NCBI RefSeq assembly: GCF_001194135.2
Contig: NC_069002.1
Coordinates: forward strand, 24,622,514 to 24,671,268
Direction: 5' to 3'
DNA from: Octopus bimaculoides
Taxonomy: Eukaryota
Length of the DNA: 48,755 nucleotides
Shown in pieces: positions 11,188-26,861 of the stretch. Numbering within the stretch: the first letter of the stretch is position 1; each line of letters begins with the position of its first letter. Below the pieces are notes generated by a model. That model made no database searches, was not told the DNA's origin, and worked only from the letters and a program-made list of their open reading frames with translations. Both the position numbers and the translations under genes were made by a program.

Positions 11188-12977
11188 CACTCCTCTTTTG
11201 TCTAGCCTTAATACCTCTCACGAAACTGCTCGATGATTTACAATATGTCTATAAAATGATTGATAAAAATATAAATCATCTCGTTTACATGTATGATTTA
11301 AAGAGCTTCGCAAAAAAGTGACCAACAACTCAAGGGCTTTCTAGCAATTGTTAAACAATTCAGTGATGACATCAGAATGCAATTTGGCCTCGATAAATGT
11401 GCAAAAGCTACCTTTATCAAAGGAAAACGACAGAAACATCCAATGTTAATCTTGACCAGCAAAATGTCATAAAGAAATTAGAGCCAGCGGAGAGCTACAA
11501 ACATCTAGGGTTATTTCAAGGGGACTGAATCAAACAGTGATGAGGGAAATAATCAGAAGAGAACGTTATCGCAGGGTAAGGGCAACACTGAAGACATTGC
11601 TGAATGCAAGAAACAAGATCGAAGAGATCAATACTTTAGCCATACCAGTCGTGACTTACAGTTTCAGTATCATTAACTGGTCAATTACTGAAAAATGTAA
11701 GCTTGACAGAAACATACGAAAATTGTTGGCAATGCATAGAATGCACCGCCCTAAGGCACATATAGAACGACTTTACTTGTCAAGAAAAGAGGATTGCCGT
11801 GGACTTTTACAACTGGAACTAACAAATAAGATTGCTACAATTGGTTTAGACACCTACCTGAAAAATTCTGATGACTGGATATTAAAACTTGTATCAAATC
11901 ATGAAAAGAAGAAAACATCATACTCAGTAACAAAACAGGCAAAGGAATATCTAAGTGAATTCCAAATGCAACAAATCCCAGAATTAGACGTACTGGAAAC
12001 AAGTACAGAAAATGCTAAGCGTATGAAAACCCGTGCTAAAACTGCTGCTTTAGATACTCTTACTGATAAATGGCAAGAAAAACCTCTCAATGGAAAATAC
12101 CCAAAGAGAGCTAATTGGGCCGATGTTGACAAAGCACTTACCCATCAATGGTTAGTGTCTTCTGTCTTAAAATCAGAAACAGAAGGGTTTATGATAGCAG
12201 CCCAAGATCAATGCCTACCTACAAGAATCTACCAGGCCAACATTTTAAAGAACGGCAGTAGCCCAACATGTCGTGTATGTAAACAACAAAATGAAACCAT
12301 TGATCATGTTAACTCCAAGTGCAGTATTCGTGCGCCTACGGAGTATTTCAACAGGCATGATAGAGCAGCACAGTGTATTCGCCGGGTAGTTTGCAAAAAC
12401 CTGGACCTGCTACATGATAAAAAGTGGTGGGAACACAAACTACCCCCAGTGCTTGAAAATTATTACATCACACTCCTCTGGAACTTCACCGTTCAAACTG
12501 ACAGAAAGACAGATGCGAATAGGCCAGACATTATATTGAAAGACTTCAAACAAAAATCATGCTTCTTCATTGATATGTGTCAAGACCTACCAAACATTAA
12601 GCAAGTATAAAGATTTTGAAATAGAAATTAACAAAATGTGGAACCTGAAGACTAAAACAATACCTGTTGTCATGGGTGTCATAGGAATGATAGCAAAAGG
12701 GTCTGATTCCAACCTAGCTCAGATTCCAGGAAACCCCCAAATGGCAGAAATTGAAAAGATAGTGCTCATGGGAACTGCCCATATTCTGCGTGTAATACTG
12801 TCTATGTAATCTCAAAATTTAAAACAAACTTATATTTTTTCTAGAAGAATACTATGTGCAAAGCCAGGTATATGACACCCTAGGCATAACAGCAACTTGA
12901 ACTTCTAACTTGTGTCTTGATGTTTGTGGGTAAGACTTGGAGTCAACTTATATAAATATAAAGTAAAAGTCAATCAT
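11188..12977 (+). mobile_element. 5'-truncated R4/Dong-like non-LTR retrotransposon, RT C-terminus plus RLE (copy 2, distinct subfamily)
   Basis: Starts inside the RT (SPLLFCLAL, HLVYMYDLK for YMDD, FGLDKCA). ORF 11537-12610 has RLYLSRKEDCRGL, CRVC..DH..C, RHD and RPDIIL; frameshift to KYKD..MW at 12570-12809. 3' UTR ends in (TAA)n. Confidence 0.93.
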
Positions 12978-12991
12978 GTAATAATAATAAT

Positions 12992-13027
<36 letters not shown>
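12978..13027. repeat. (TAA)n microsatellite
   Basis: Direct inspection; a second run at 13531-13570. Confidence 0.98.
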
Positions 13028-13028
<1 letters not shown>

Positions 13029-13530
13029 CAGTACCAGGCAGTAGCTCTCATGGCTTCTCATCTTAATTGATTGGAAGTGTTATCATGTACAGCCCATCTT
13101 TTATACTAATACCTCAGATTTGCTTGTCAGTTGTTTGATCTTAACTAGCTGAGCACGTCCTTCGGTGGCTGACAAAATGTGCATCTCCGATCAGTAGCAG
13201 AAGTAGTGGTGGAGCATCATTGCCATGTGTTGAGGGAAACTTTGGAGGCTTTGAGTAATTTACCTTTGGTAACATGGGTGTTTTGTTCAACATCCTTAAA
13301 CAACTCTTATTCAGGGACATCTTGATCGGGATCTGTTACTCAACCTGAAGAAAATTCTAACTGCGCCCCACCTGCAAAGTCATGCACTGTTGAGATCACC
13401 ATGTCATGCACATATGGTTGTGATGCATGTGCCTGGTGTACCCTTATCAGACGGGTAGTCATGATGGGTATATTGGGTTTCGTATATTTTACCCAGCCTC
13501 TCTTTGATGGCATGCACTGCTCTCTCACTC
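13028..13530. mobile_element. ~500-bp non-coding element inserted within (TAA)n
   Basis: Complex, GC-richer block sharply bounded by (TAA)n on both sides, with no informative ORF. Repetitiveness is inferred because there is only one copy in the window. Confidence 0.5.
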
Positions 13531-13571
<41 letters not shown>

Positions 13572-13597
13572 TAATATCTAATTTAAAATAATATAAG

Positions 13598-14022
13598 CGA
13601 TGAATACGATGATGATATGAAGATGACGATGATGATGATGATGACGACGACGACGACGATGATGATGATGATTATTATGATGATGACGATGACAATGACG
13701 ACGACGATGACGACGACAACGATGTTGACTATGATGATGATGTTGATGATGGTGATGATAGTGATGGTGGTAATGATGATTATTATAACAAGGATGATGA
13801 TAAGGATGAAAACGATGATGTTGATGATGACGATGACGATGATGATGACAACAATGATGTTGATGATGACGATGATCATATCGATTACGAAGACGATGAT
13901 GATGAATATGTTGCTGATGATGATCAGGATCAGGATCAGGATCATGATAGTGGTGGTGGTCATGATGATGATGATTGTAATAACAAGGATGTTGATAGAG
14001 ATGATGACGATGATGATGGTGA
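13598..14022. repeat. Long imperfect (GAT/GAC)n trinucleotide array
   Basis: ~420 bp of GAT/GAC/GGT variants; yields poly-M and poly-I pseudo-ORFs. Confidence 0.97.
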
Positions 14023-14683
14023 CTCTTGTATCTGACATTTCTACCCTATTGTTCAACATGTCTTTATCATATTCCCTCACAGCGTAGGACATTGTCATTG
14101 TTTTGTTTATCACGAATTTGCGATCGTTTTAATTAGCAGCATTCTTTCACGCTCCAACCAAACCTTTTCAGTTCCTATCAACAACAGCCATACGCAGGTT
14201 CACATTTTCCCTTTTCCAATGATCATTAACGGATTGAGCTTTTGTGCTTTTGTGCTTTTATTTTATGTTTTTACGCTGCTTTTATCTTTTACAAAATTAC
14301 ATTTGTCCAAGCAAAGAAAGATAAAAACCTCAGCATTAATATTAAAGTAACAGAGACGATAATCGATTGCTCAAATCTGTAACGGAACTCACGTCTGTTT
14401 TCTTTTTGCGCCATATTGTTTGGAAACGAAGGCCAGAAGTTGGAATGAATAGTCTATTGTTTTGTTTTATCTGTTTTGAATATTGCCCCAGATTCCGTTT
14501 AGCCACTACCTGATCTGATAACGGAATACCCAATATGCAACAGGAAATAGGTTTGGATAGGTCGGGATTGCATGAAAGATCCAAGAAAATTTTGATAGGA
14601 AGAATCCAAATACAATTTGGAACGAAGGGGTGAAGTTACGTTAATGGAAACAGAATTAATTTTCAATACCTTATTTCCACAAA

Positions 14684-15895
14684 GAGCGACAAGCCGTGGC
14701 AGAGTCGTTAGCACACTGGCCTGAATGCTTAGTGGCCTTTCGTCTGTCTTTACGCTCGCAGTTCAAATTCCGCCAAGGATGCCTTTGCCTTTCATCCCTC
14801 TGGGGTCGATATCATAAGCACTTTTTGAGCATTGGGGTCGGTATAATTGATTTAACCCCTCCTCTGAAATCGCAGGGCCAGTGCCAAAATTTAAAACCAA
14901 TATCTCAAGTTCACAAAGGGCGGTGAGCTGGCAGAATCGTTAGCATGCTGGGTAAAATACTTCGTAGCATTTCGTCTATCATTAAGTTCTGAGTTCAAAT
15001 ACTGTCTAGGTTGACTTTGCTTTTAATCCCATCGGAGTTGATAAAATAATTACAAGTTGAGTACAACAATAAACCTCATCACGAAGGCGGCGAACTGGCG
15101 GGATCGTAGAACGCCGGGCAAAATGCATTGCAGCATCACATCCTTCTAAATTCAAATTCTGCGGAGGTCGACTTTGCTTTTCATCTTTTCTGGCTCAATA
15201 AAATATCTACCAGTTGAGTGCTGAAGTCGATGAAATCAACTTAACCACCCCCGCCGAAATTACTGGCCTTGTGTCAAAAATTGAAGCCAAAATCTTATTT
15301 TCACGGGAAGTCTGACTGCAACATATAGAGATAGAAATAGCCAATAGGAGTTTTTTTTTTTACAGTGTAGACATAAATCATTGATAATTTCTGGTGAAAT
15401 CGTGCCAAAATATTTTTTTTAATCCCTGCAAACATATACATAATGAGTATCGAGTTAGTGATGCATTAGAGCCAAGTACATTCGTTGCTATTGTATTATT
15501 ATATTATTATTAAGGCGGTGAACTAACAGAACCGCTTGCCTGCCAGCAAAGTGCATCGAGGCATTTCGTTCGTCTTTACGTTGTGAGTTCAAATTCTGCC
15601 GATGTCGACTTTGCCATTCATCCTTTCGGAGTCGATAGAATAAGAGTACTGAAGTCGATGTAATCGACTATCCCTCTCTCTTTCATATTTCAGAACTGGT
15701 GTCTATAATAGAAAGGATGATTATTAAAGCGGTGAACTAACAGGACCGTTACCCATCAGACGAAATGCTGTTAGGCATTTCGTCCGTCTGTTCGGCATCG
15801 ATAAAATATATACCATTTAAGTACTGAAGTCAATGTGATCGATTTCTCTCTCCTCGAAAACCCACTTGCCTTGTGCTAAATTTTGAAATGATTAT
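14684..15895 (+). mobile_element. Head-to-tail cluster of five SINE A copies
   Basis: Copies at about 14684-14900, 14919-15065, 15086-15290, 15514-15724 and 15727-15895, each with a GGCGG-type head and GTCGATA body; four retain the GTTCAAA box and the fifth is internally deleted. Confidence 0.88.
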
Positions 15896-15959
15896 ATTAT
15901 TATATTATCGATCCGGTAACTATGAAGGAGGGCGTTAATAACTATTTTAAACACAGATA

Positions 15960-16669
15960 CTGAGCTCCAAATTTGAAGAGAAGGAAGTAGTTCATTATAT
16001 CGATCTAAGCAGCCGACTGGTGCTTTATTGTATTGACCTCGGAATTATCAAAGACGGAGGTAATTTCTACATAATTTCGACTCGAGATCTAAAGAGACGA
16101 AGCATATAACGCAAAGCTAACGACCCTCTAATGATTCTGTCACTCCACTTCCCCTTATATTGCATTTGTATTAATAACGGGATATCATTTGTGTGTTTTT
16201 TTTGTTTTTTTTTGGCACAAGGCCAGCGATTTTGAGGGGTAGGCAAGACGATTACATCGGCCCCAGTCTTCAACTGGTACTTATTTTATTGACACCGAAT
16301 CGACCGCAGCGGAATTTGTGCTCAGAACGTAAAGACGGATGAAATGCCGCTAAGCATTTCGTCCGGCATACTAACGTCTCTGCTTGCCCACCGCCTTAAA
16401 TAATATGCATTGGGATATCAATAATAGCATGGTAATAGTTCTCTACTCATTCGTCGTAAATATTGGATCGAAATTCTGGTAGAATGCCAGCAATTTCGTG
16501 GGCAGGCGTAAGTCGATTACACCGATCCCACTGATCAGGTGGTACTTGATTTATCGACCCCATAAGGACGAAAGTCAAAGGCGACCTCGACGGAATTTGA
16601 GCTCAGAACGTAGAGACGGACGAAACGCTGGTACGGATTTTCCCCATGCGGCTGTGTTAGCACGCCGCC
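15960..16669 (-). mobile_element. Cluster of three minus-strand SINE A copies
   Basis: Copies at about 15960-16120 (degenerate), 16210-16395 and 16478-16669, with reverse-complement head (CCGCC) and GGAATTTG..CTCAGAACGT. Confidence 0.82.
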
Positions 16670-17405
16670 TTAAATAATAGCATAGTAATATCATTAACAG
16701 CATGGAAACAGGCCTGTTTTTGTGGTTCTTTACTTATCTATAATAAATATATAAGATATTAATGTCCAAGTCCACCGGCTCGTTTAAGGACAAAACTAAG
16801 ATCAATGATCAATCATGTATATTATTATTTCAAGTTCGATAAAATATGCGTCAATACTACAGTTGTAATATTTGGAGTCATTTAATCTCATATGTATAAT
16901 GTCTTTCAAGAAAAATATATTCTATTAGAATGATACATTTTTTACGTGATTTATCGAGGAGCTATTTGGAGAGAAGTGGGTAAATAGTAAAAAGAAATGA
17001 AGTATTCTTTGAGATATGTAGTCTGCAAACTTTCTGATTGAGTTCAACTTCTACTGAGATAGACTTCCTTATTCATTCCTCAAGAGTAGAATTGAATTAT
17101 TTGACGCTCTTTCAATCACACGTTTATATAAGTATGGCCTTGTAACTTTAGGAGCAATTAGTAATATCATTGTGAGAGTATAATTCTTACAGCTCTAAAT
17201 GCTTTCTTACACAAACTCACGCACGCGAATATGGCTCCGAAACGGTTAGCATTCTCTCCTGATGACCCCTAAAACCTAATAGCATCCGGTCAGCGGAGTT
17301 TTATACTGGTAGCACTTGCACAAGGAAGCTGTTTGCAAGTTTCTAAATATGCACACACACATACATATACACAAATGCACGTACATACATATACACAAAT
17401 GCACG

Positions 17406-17449
<44 letters not shown>

Positions 17450-18167
17450 NNNNNNNNNNNNNNNNNNNNNNNNNNNNNNNNNNNNNNNNNNNNNNNNNNN
17501 NNNNNNNNNNNNNNNNNNNNNNNNNNNNNNNNNNNNNNNNNNNNNNNNNNNNNNNNNNNNNNNNNNNNNNNNNNNNNNNNNNNNNNNNNNNNNNNNNNNN
17601 NNNNNNNNNNNNNNNNNNNNNNNNNNNNNNNNNNNNNNNNNNNNNNNNNNNNNNNNNNNNNNNNNNNNNNNNNNNNNNNNNNNNNNNNNNNNNNNNNNNN
17701 NNNNNNNNNNNNNNNNNNNNNNNNNNNNNNNNNNNNNNNNNNNNNNNNNNNNNNNNNNNNNNNNNNNNNNNNNNNNNNNNNNNNNNNNNNNNNNNNNNNN
17801 NNNNNNNNNNNNNNNNNNNNNNNNNNNNNNNNNNNNATATATATATATATATATATATATACATGGAAATACACAATGTTGTTGATGCAACAAACATTAC
17901 ATGAGAAACAGAGCTCAATTTTAGTGAGAATAAGTTTGTAAAAAGGAATATCATTGAAAAGCTGAACGAATTCTCTTGATGGTGATCTCACATATAACTG
18001 TTATTGATACGATGATTGCAGTATTCTTTTGAATAAACAACGAACATTGGCATTGATTTATCGTTTCACTGTCTTGTTTACTAAGAGAAACAATATGCTA
18101 TTAATACTTATACGATATTGCCCAGAGTAAATATTCGCTATTGTTCTTTATATACATACATACATAG

Positions 18168-18226
<59 letters not shown>

Positions 18227-18548
18227 TACTTAACCTGAATCGGTTTTTATAAAAGAGTCAGTTGACAACGCTGGATGATGGAACGAAGAATAAGTGGAAG
18301 AGAGACATTGATATCCATCTAAACGAAATATCCCTAAGATATACATTTACTTCTTAAGAACAAACTCCATTAAGTTATTAACTTCGCATATAATTGACAT
18401 ACAACACGGAATTAAAACTTCCCACGCTAGAATTACTGCTTCCTGTGAAACGAGAACATGCAAACATTTTTAACGAAGGCTTATAAACTTAGTCACCGCA
18501 GTAACATCAATATATAGTCATTGCATATTATAGTGCCTTATTCAGCGT

Positions 18549-19690
18549 GGTGGCGATTTGACAGAACCGTTAGGACGCCGGGCGAAATGCTTAGCTGCAT
18601 TTCGTCTGTCTTTACGTTCTGAGTTCAAATTCCGCCGAGGTCGACCTTGCCTGCCATCCTTTCGGTGTCGATTAAATAAATGCCCTGTACGCACTGGGGT
18701 CGATGCTCTTAATCCCTTTGTCTGTCCTTGTTTGTCCCCTCTATGTTTATGTGGGCAATAAAGAAATAAATTTCGCAGAATCATTAGCACGTCAGGAAAA
18801 TATGATTTGCGGCATTTCTTTCGGTTCTCAAGGTTCTGAGTTCAAATGCCACCGTGTTCGACTATGTTTTTCATTCTTTCGTGATTGATAACACAAGTGC
18901 CACATGAGTACTAGGGATCGTTGTATGGCCCTCGCCTCAAATTTCAATCCTTAGAAAGGATCATTATAGCACACACCAAGGCGGCAAGCTAGCAGACTCG
19001 TTAACACGTCGGATAAAAAGTGCTTAATGACTTTGCGTACGCTTCTTTACCTTTTGAATTAGAATCCCGCTGAGGGCCATTTTGACTTTCATTCCTTCGA
19101 AGACGATAAAGTAATCTACCAGTGAAATACTGGGGTTGATGTAATCGTCTAGCTCACTCTTAAAATTGCTGGCATTGTGCCAACATTTTAAGCCATTATT
19201 GTGCCTCATCCTTTCTAGTCACGTACAAGAAATTACCAAAGCTTTCAAAGTCGTGTCATGCTGAGCTTCCATGATGATGTCTTGTGGTAGCATCAGATAT
19301 ATCTCCAAAAAATACCAGTATTCCATGGCGAGGCTGCAGAATACTTTGTGGTTGATCATCAAAGTATTAGTGAGACCATCGTCCGTGTGCTGCACATACC
19401 ATATTTCCAGTGCTCCATAGTAAGCATCGTATACTTCATATGATAAAAGTTCGATCAAGGAAGGTAATTCAAATGACAGTCAAATATTCCCTTAATAACC
19501 CACAACAATATATCTCGTGATTTGCTGGCAGAATCGCTAGCAAGGTACCTAGAGGCATTTCGTCCGTCTTTACGTTCTGGTTTTAAATTCAGCCGATAAA
19601 ATAAGTTCCAGCTGAGAACGGGGTTCACTGTAATCGACTTAGCTCCTCCACCGGAATTGCTGGCCTTGTGCCAAAATTTGAATTCAATAC
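18549..19690 (+). mobile_element. Cluster of four SINE A copies (tails 2, 3, 1, 1)
   Basis: Copies at about 18549-18768, 18772-18965, 18980-19200 and 19520-19690, separated by short unique spacers. Confidence 0.85.
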
Positions 19691-20732
19691 ATCTCATCAT
19701 GTCACCCCTCCTAAGTTTTATCTCCCAGACTTATCACTAAAAATAGACGTTGATAGTTTTAATGAAGTGTAGACTTCCTTAATTTGCAAATAATATCTGG
19801 GGTTGGGAGGTATATCACGGTAAGTAGCCAAGATATGAAAATACGAAAATTAAAAGAATCACATTTTCTCTCACTCATTATACGTTCGTCCATACATACA
19901 TATATGTATATAAATAAATATATACATGTGTGTGTGTTTGTGTTTGTAAATGTATTACAGAAGAAAAAGAAAAAAACCTGTAGCTTTAAACTAATATCGT
20001 TAAGCATGGTTCTAGTAGCAAACTAATACTTAATACTAACAGTGAATGAATTAATCTCGCATAGTTAAACATAGATTGAAATATCTGCCGGCTTTATTGG
20101 ATGTTAATATTCTGCGGAAAACTGCCAGTAATTAGAGCTAAATATTTGCCGTAAATGATGTACCTAAAACGTAGCTCATTAGATTTGAATGTTGAAGTCT
20201 AATTAGATGGAAATAACACGTGTTTAAATGAACACTTCTCAATTAGAGGATATCATGAGTCGCAGACTCGCCTAAACTTTGTGAATTATCTCAATGTAAT
20301 CTGATTACATTAATGGGACAGAATGAAAAGGACATGTACATATTCATCTAGTGTAATTATCTTGTTGCTTACATACTGTCAGTTGCTCTGCAATCTTTAC
20401 ACGGAGCAAATTTCTTGCGCATGTTCTGTTATTCGTTATCTGTAAGTTAAAGACTTCTTATTTGATAGTAAACGATGTTGCAGATTTTGAATGGATAGTT
20501 TATTTGCCTTCCATTTTACGATCTGCTCAAGTGAAGTGACATCAACAAGGTGCAACCCATGGCATTAAGTTTGGAGAACATTCTGGCATAGATTTTCAAT
20601 ATTGATTCAAAACCAGATATTTGTGGGGAAGGTTGCTCTAGACTTAACTGACTCCTAATACAATTATCTGATTTAATTTAATCAATACCAAAAATATTGT
20701 AGGGTATAATGTATAGACCTACAATTAATAAA

Positions 20733-20948
20733 CTTTTCTACAATAAGTACCGAAGCCTGAAATTTCGAGGAGAGGAACTGGTCGATTTCATCGATTCCAG
20801 TAATTAACTGGAAATTATTTTATCGACTCCGAGAGGATGAAAAGCGAAGTCGACCTCGGCAGAATTTGAACTCAGAACGTAAAGACAGATGAAATACCAC
20901 TGAATATTTTTTTACCTGGCATGCTTATGATTCTGCCCGTTCGCTGCC
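20733..20948 (-). mobile_element. SINE family A (tail 3)
   Basis: GAAGTCGACCTCGGCAGAATTTGAACTCAGAACGTAAAGACAG and terminal TTCGCTGCC. Confidence 0.9.
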
Positions 20949-21194
20949 TTCAAGGTACATATTTAATAATATGGCATTTTGACATACTCAGGCATTTCGA
21001 CCGGCCAAATTCATTTTAAAATGGTCCTAACTGTTTCTGTATAATTTGGAAACAAGAATACCAGTTTTTAAAGGAGGAAATAGTCTATAACATCAACAAG
21101 TCCTTCCATCAAAACTATTAGTATTGTGTCTTCTAAATTATTTGATTTATACTTAAATCTATCCATCTTAAAAAGACAAAAACAAAACAATAGT

Positions 21195-21340
21195 TGACTG
21201 ATACCTAATTTTATCGACTTCGAAGGGATGAAAAGACCAGGTGGATATCAGAAGGATTTGAACTCAGGACATAAAATCCCAGCACAAATACCGGAAAGCT
21301 AGTTGTCGTCGTTCTAACGAGTCTCCTAATCCCTACCTTT
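21195..21340 (-). mobile_element. Diverged SINE A
   Basis: TTTTATCGACTTCGAAGGGATGAAAAG..GGATTTGAACTCAGGAC. Confidence 0.7.
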
Positions 21341-21819
21341 GAGCTGCTCCTAATTGCAATGTTTTACTAGTTTAACATTTTCCAATGTATGTTATTCTGG
21401 AGACCCACATTACGTCATCTTCTCAAAATATGTTTTACATTCATCGTTTGAATGGTTTACAAACCACTGCAGATTCTTTGGATGCTTGTGAGATATTTGA
21501 ATTGTGTGGATGTCAGTCGATAGGTGGGGTAAAGGAATGACCCTTCTGCCGAAGCAAACATTTCCACAGATTTCCATTTAGCCATCAATAAGAGATAGAA
21601 CACACGCCATAAATTCCCCGCAGTTATTGGCAAGAAATTGTCTGTGTCTGTATTTTAGATACCATTTTTTAAAGATTACAATGCTGAATAAAAATATCAG
21701 TTCTTTTTTTGGAACGTTGGATCTCGAAGCACATCACGTAAAGTTATAAATAATTGCATGTAAATATTAGGCTGGGAAATCCTTTTAGATAGAAGCGGTC
21801 GAAGGCTGCTTATGTGTGT

Positions 21820-24452
<2,633 letters not shown>

Positions 24453-25271
24453 TATATGTCAAATGGGTTTGTTCAAGCCAATATTAGCATGTTATTTTGT
24501 AAAGCTTTATGTGATGCACTTCGTCATCCAATGTTCAGAAAAATTACTTATTCACATTCTCTCGAAACTATTTAAAATTCATCTGGCGTCAAAAACAAAA
24601 TATTTATATATCAAAATTTAGAATTTTCTGCGTTTTGGTTTTTGCTATGGTTTTTTACAAAAAGTTTTTTCATCAATCATCTCATTGACCAATGGGGAGA
24701 CGCCATAGAATGATTTTGTTAAATCTAAGCTTCTGTCAACTCCCTCAACGGACATTAAACGGTCAGTAATAACGGAATAAACATTTTTTGGAAATAAAGC
24801 AAATCGAATAAAGTCGTAATTTATTGCAAGGCCTTTTCATTACATCTAGCCTCATTTCTCAGTTCAGTTTCTGATCACAAATACCAGATCACCTCCAATA
24901 CAAGCGATACTTTCATTAAATCGGAGCTAAACAATGGGTCGAATCGCCGGCGCACGAGGGACTGCTGACCATCAATATTAATATTTACAATCCAATATAT
25001 CTCTAGACAATATAAATATTTGATTTTAAAATGAAAGGCGAGGACATAATCGATTAAATATGTATAACAGGTTCTACATGATCGCAAATTAATCATACGG
25101 TGTGTAATCAAAGCTAGCTCTGCAGTGTACATTAGAGTCAGACTAGCATACTCGGCAGGAATTAGTTGTACGGGTAACTCGATCATAGAAAATTGCAGAT
25201 AAATCTACAGTAAATTTGCCATCACTTCTTAGTCTAGCAACCAGAACTATCAGTGTTTGGGCTTGCTAACT

Positions 25272-25304
<33 letters not shown>

Positions 25305-25334
25305 CTCGCCGATTATTCCTTTTATCTTTTATCT

Positions 25335-25378
25335 CTTCACTAGTTTCAGTCGATGGACTGTCGTCATGCTGGAGCAGG
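25335..25378 (-). repeat. Solo copy of the shared SINE B / CR1-like 3' tail
   Basis: Reverse complement TGCTCCAGCATGACGACAGTCCATCGACTGAAAC. Confidence 0.75.
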
Positions 25379-25401
25379 TAAGTAGTTAGGTAGGCAGGTA
25401 G

Positions 25402-25464
<63 letters not shown>

Positions 25465-25538
25465 ATGTCAGATTGTATTCATAATTATATATATATATGC
25501 ATATATATATATATATGCATATATATATATATGCATAA

Positions 25539-25623
25539 CAGTGGTTCTCAACCGGCGTTCATATGGTTCTTGGACGGCGGGGTGGGGGCCATAAAAGATT
25601 CTGGTATTAAATTTATAATTTCT
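25539..25623 (+). mobile_element. hAT/Charlie-like terminal fragment (cut by gap)
   Basis: Begins CAGTGGTTCTCAACC, the canonical Charlie-type TIR; the other end is lost in the N-run. Confidence 0.55.
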
Positions 25624-26289
25624 NNNNNNNNNNNNNNNNNNNNNNNNNNNNNNNNNNNNNNNNNNNNNNNNNNNNNNNNNNNNNNNNNNNNNNNNNNNNN
25701 NNNNNNNNNNNNNNNNNNNNNNNNNNNNNNNNNNNNNNNNNNNNNNNNNNNNNNNNNNNNNNNNNNNNNNNNNNNNNNNNNNNNNNNNNNNNNNNNNNNN
25801 NNNNNNNNNNNNNNNNNNNNNNNNNNNNNNNNNNNNNNNNNNNNNNNNNNNNNNNNNNNNNNNNNNNNNNNNNNNNNNNNNNNNNNNNNNNNNNNNNNNN
25901 NNNNNNNNNNNNNNNNNNNNNNNNNNNNNNNNNNNNNNNNNNNNNNNNNNNNNNNNNNNNNNNNNNNNNNNNNNNNNNNNNNNNNNNNNNNNNNNNNNNN
26001 NNNNNNNNNNNNNNNNNNNNNNNNNNNNNNNNNNNNNNNNNNNNNNNNNNNNNNNNNNNNNNNNNNNNNNNNNNNNNNNNNNNNNNNNNNNNNNNNNNNN
26101 NNNNNNNNNNNNNNNNNNNNNNNNNNNNNNNNNNNNNNNNNNNNNNNNNNNNNNNNNNNNNNNNNNNNNNNNNNNNNNNNNNNNNNNNNNNNNNNNNNNN
26201 NNNNNNNNNNNNNNNNNNNNNNNNNNNNNNNNNNNNNNNNNNNNNNNNNNNNNNNNNNNNNNNNNNNNATATATGTATGTATGTATGTA

Positions 26290-26522
26290 TATATATATCT
26301 ATGTATGCGTGTCTTTGCATCTGTGTTTTTCCCCTCACCATCGCTTGACAACCAATCTTGGTGTGTTTACATCCCCGGAACTTAGCGGTTCTACAAAAGA
26401 GACCGACAGAATAACTACTAGGCTTACTAAAAATAAGGCCCGGAATCGATTTGTTCGACTAAAGGCGGTGCTCCAGCATGGCAGCGGTCAAATGACTGAA
26501 ACAAATAAAAGAATAAAAGAAT
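26290..26522 (+). mobile_element. SINE family B, 3' half
   Basis: CATCGCTTGACAACC..CTTAGCGGTTC..AAAGGCGGTGCTCCAGCATGGCAGCGGTCAAATGACTGAAAC. Confidence 0.9.
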
Positions 26523-26568
26523 ATTGACTGGGTATATTTGGGCAATTGCAGCCCTTGTGAGCATGTAT

Positions 26569-26630
26569 GTATAGAAATATGTATAGAAATATGTATAGAA
26601 ATATGTATAGAAATATGTATAGAAATATGT
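26569..26630. repeat. 12-bp minisatellite (GTATAGAAATAT)x5
   Basis: Five perfect copies counted. Confidence 0.97.
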
Positions 26631-26861
26631 GCTTTTCCTACGGCATTAAAGCGTTTTAGCTCTTATTTGTAGCAATGCAGTCTTGACGCCCTTAGTCGAA
26701 TTCAGTGACAATTACATCTTTCCTATATATACGTTTCTTATATATAATTTTTTTTTATTTCTTATAGTTTTTATACTTTAATACATTTTATATTCTTTAC
26801 TATTTTTTTATAGATTCTTTTATACAATATTTTATACACTTGTGTAAAGATTAACAAGTTA

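Noticed and set aside
13583-14113. 176-aa hydrophobic ORF, 156-aa poly-Met ORF and a possible poly-Asp frame
   Set aside because: All derive from the (GAT)n array, and the Asp frame is broken by shifts.
17225-17275. CCGAAAC..CTGATGA in type-II hammerhead order
   Set aside because: Positions 10.1 and 11.1 are both C, so stem II cannot close, and there is no convincing stem I. At best a heavily decayed remnant.
19219-19458. 79-aa minus-strand ORF between SINEs
   Set aside because: No recognisable motif, non-ATG start and no splice signals; it may be an unclassified decayed repeat.
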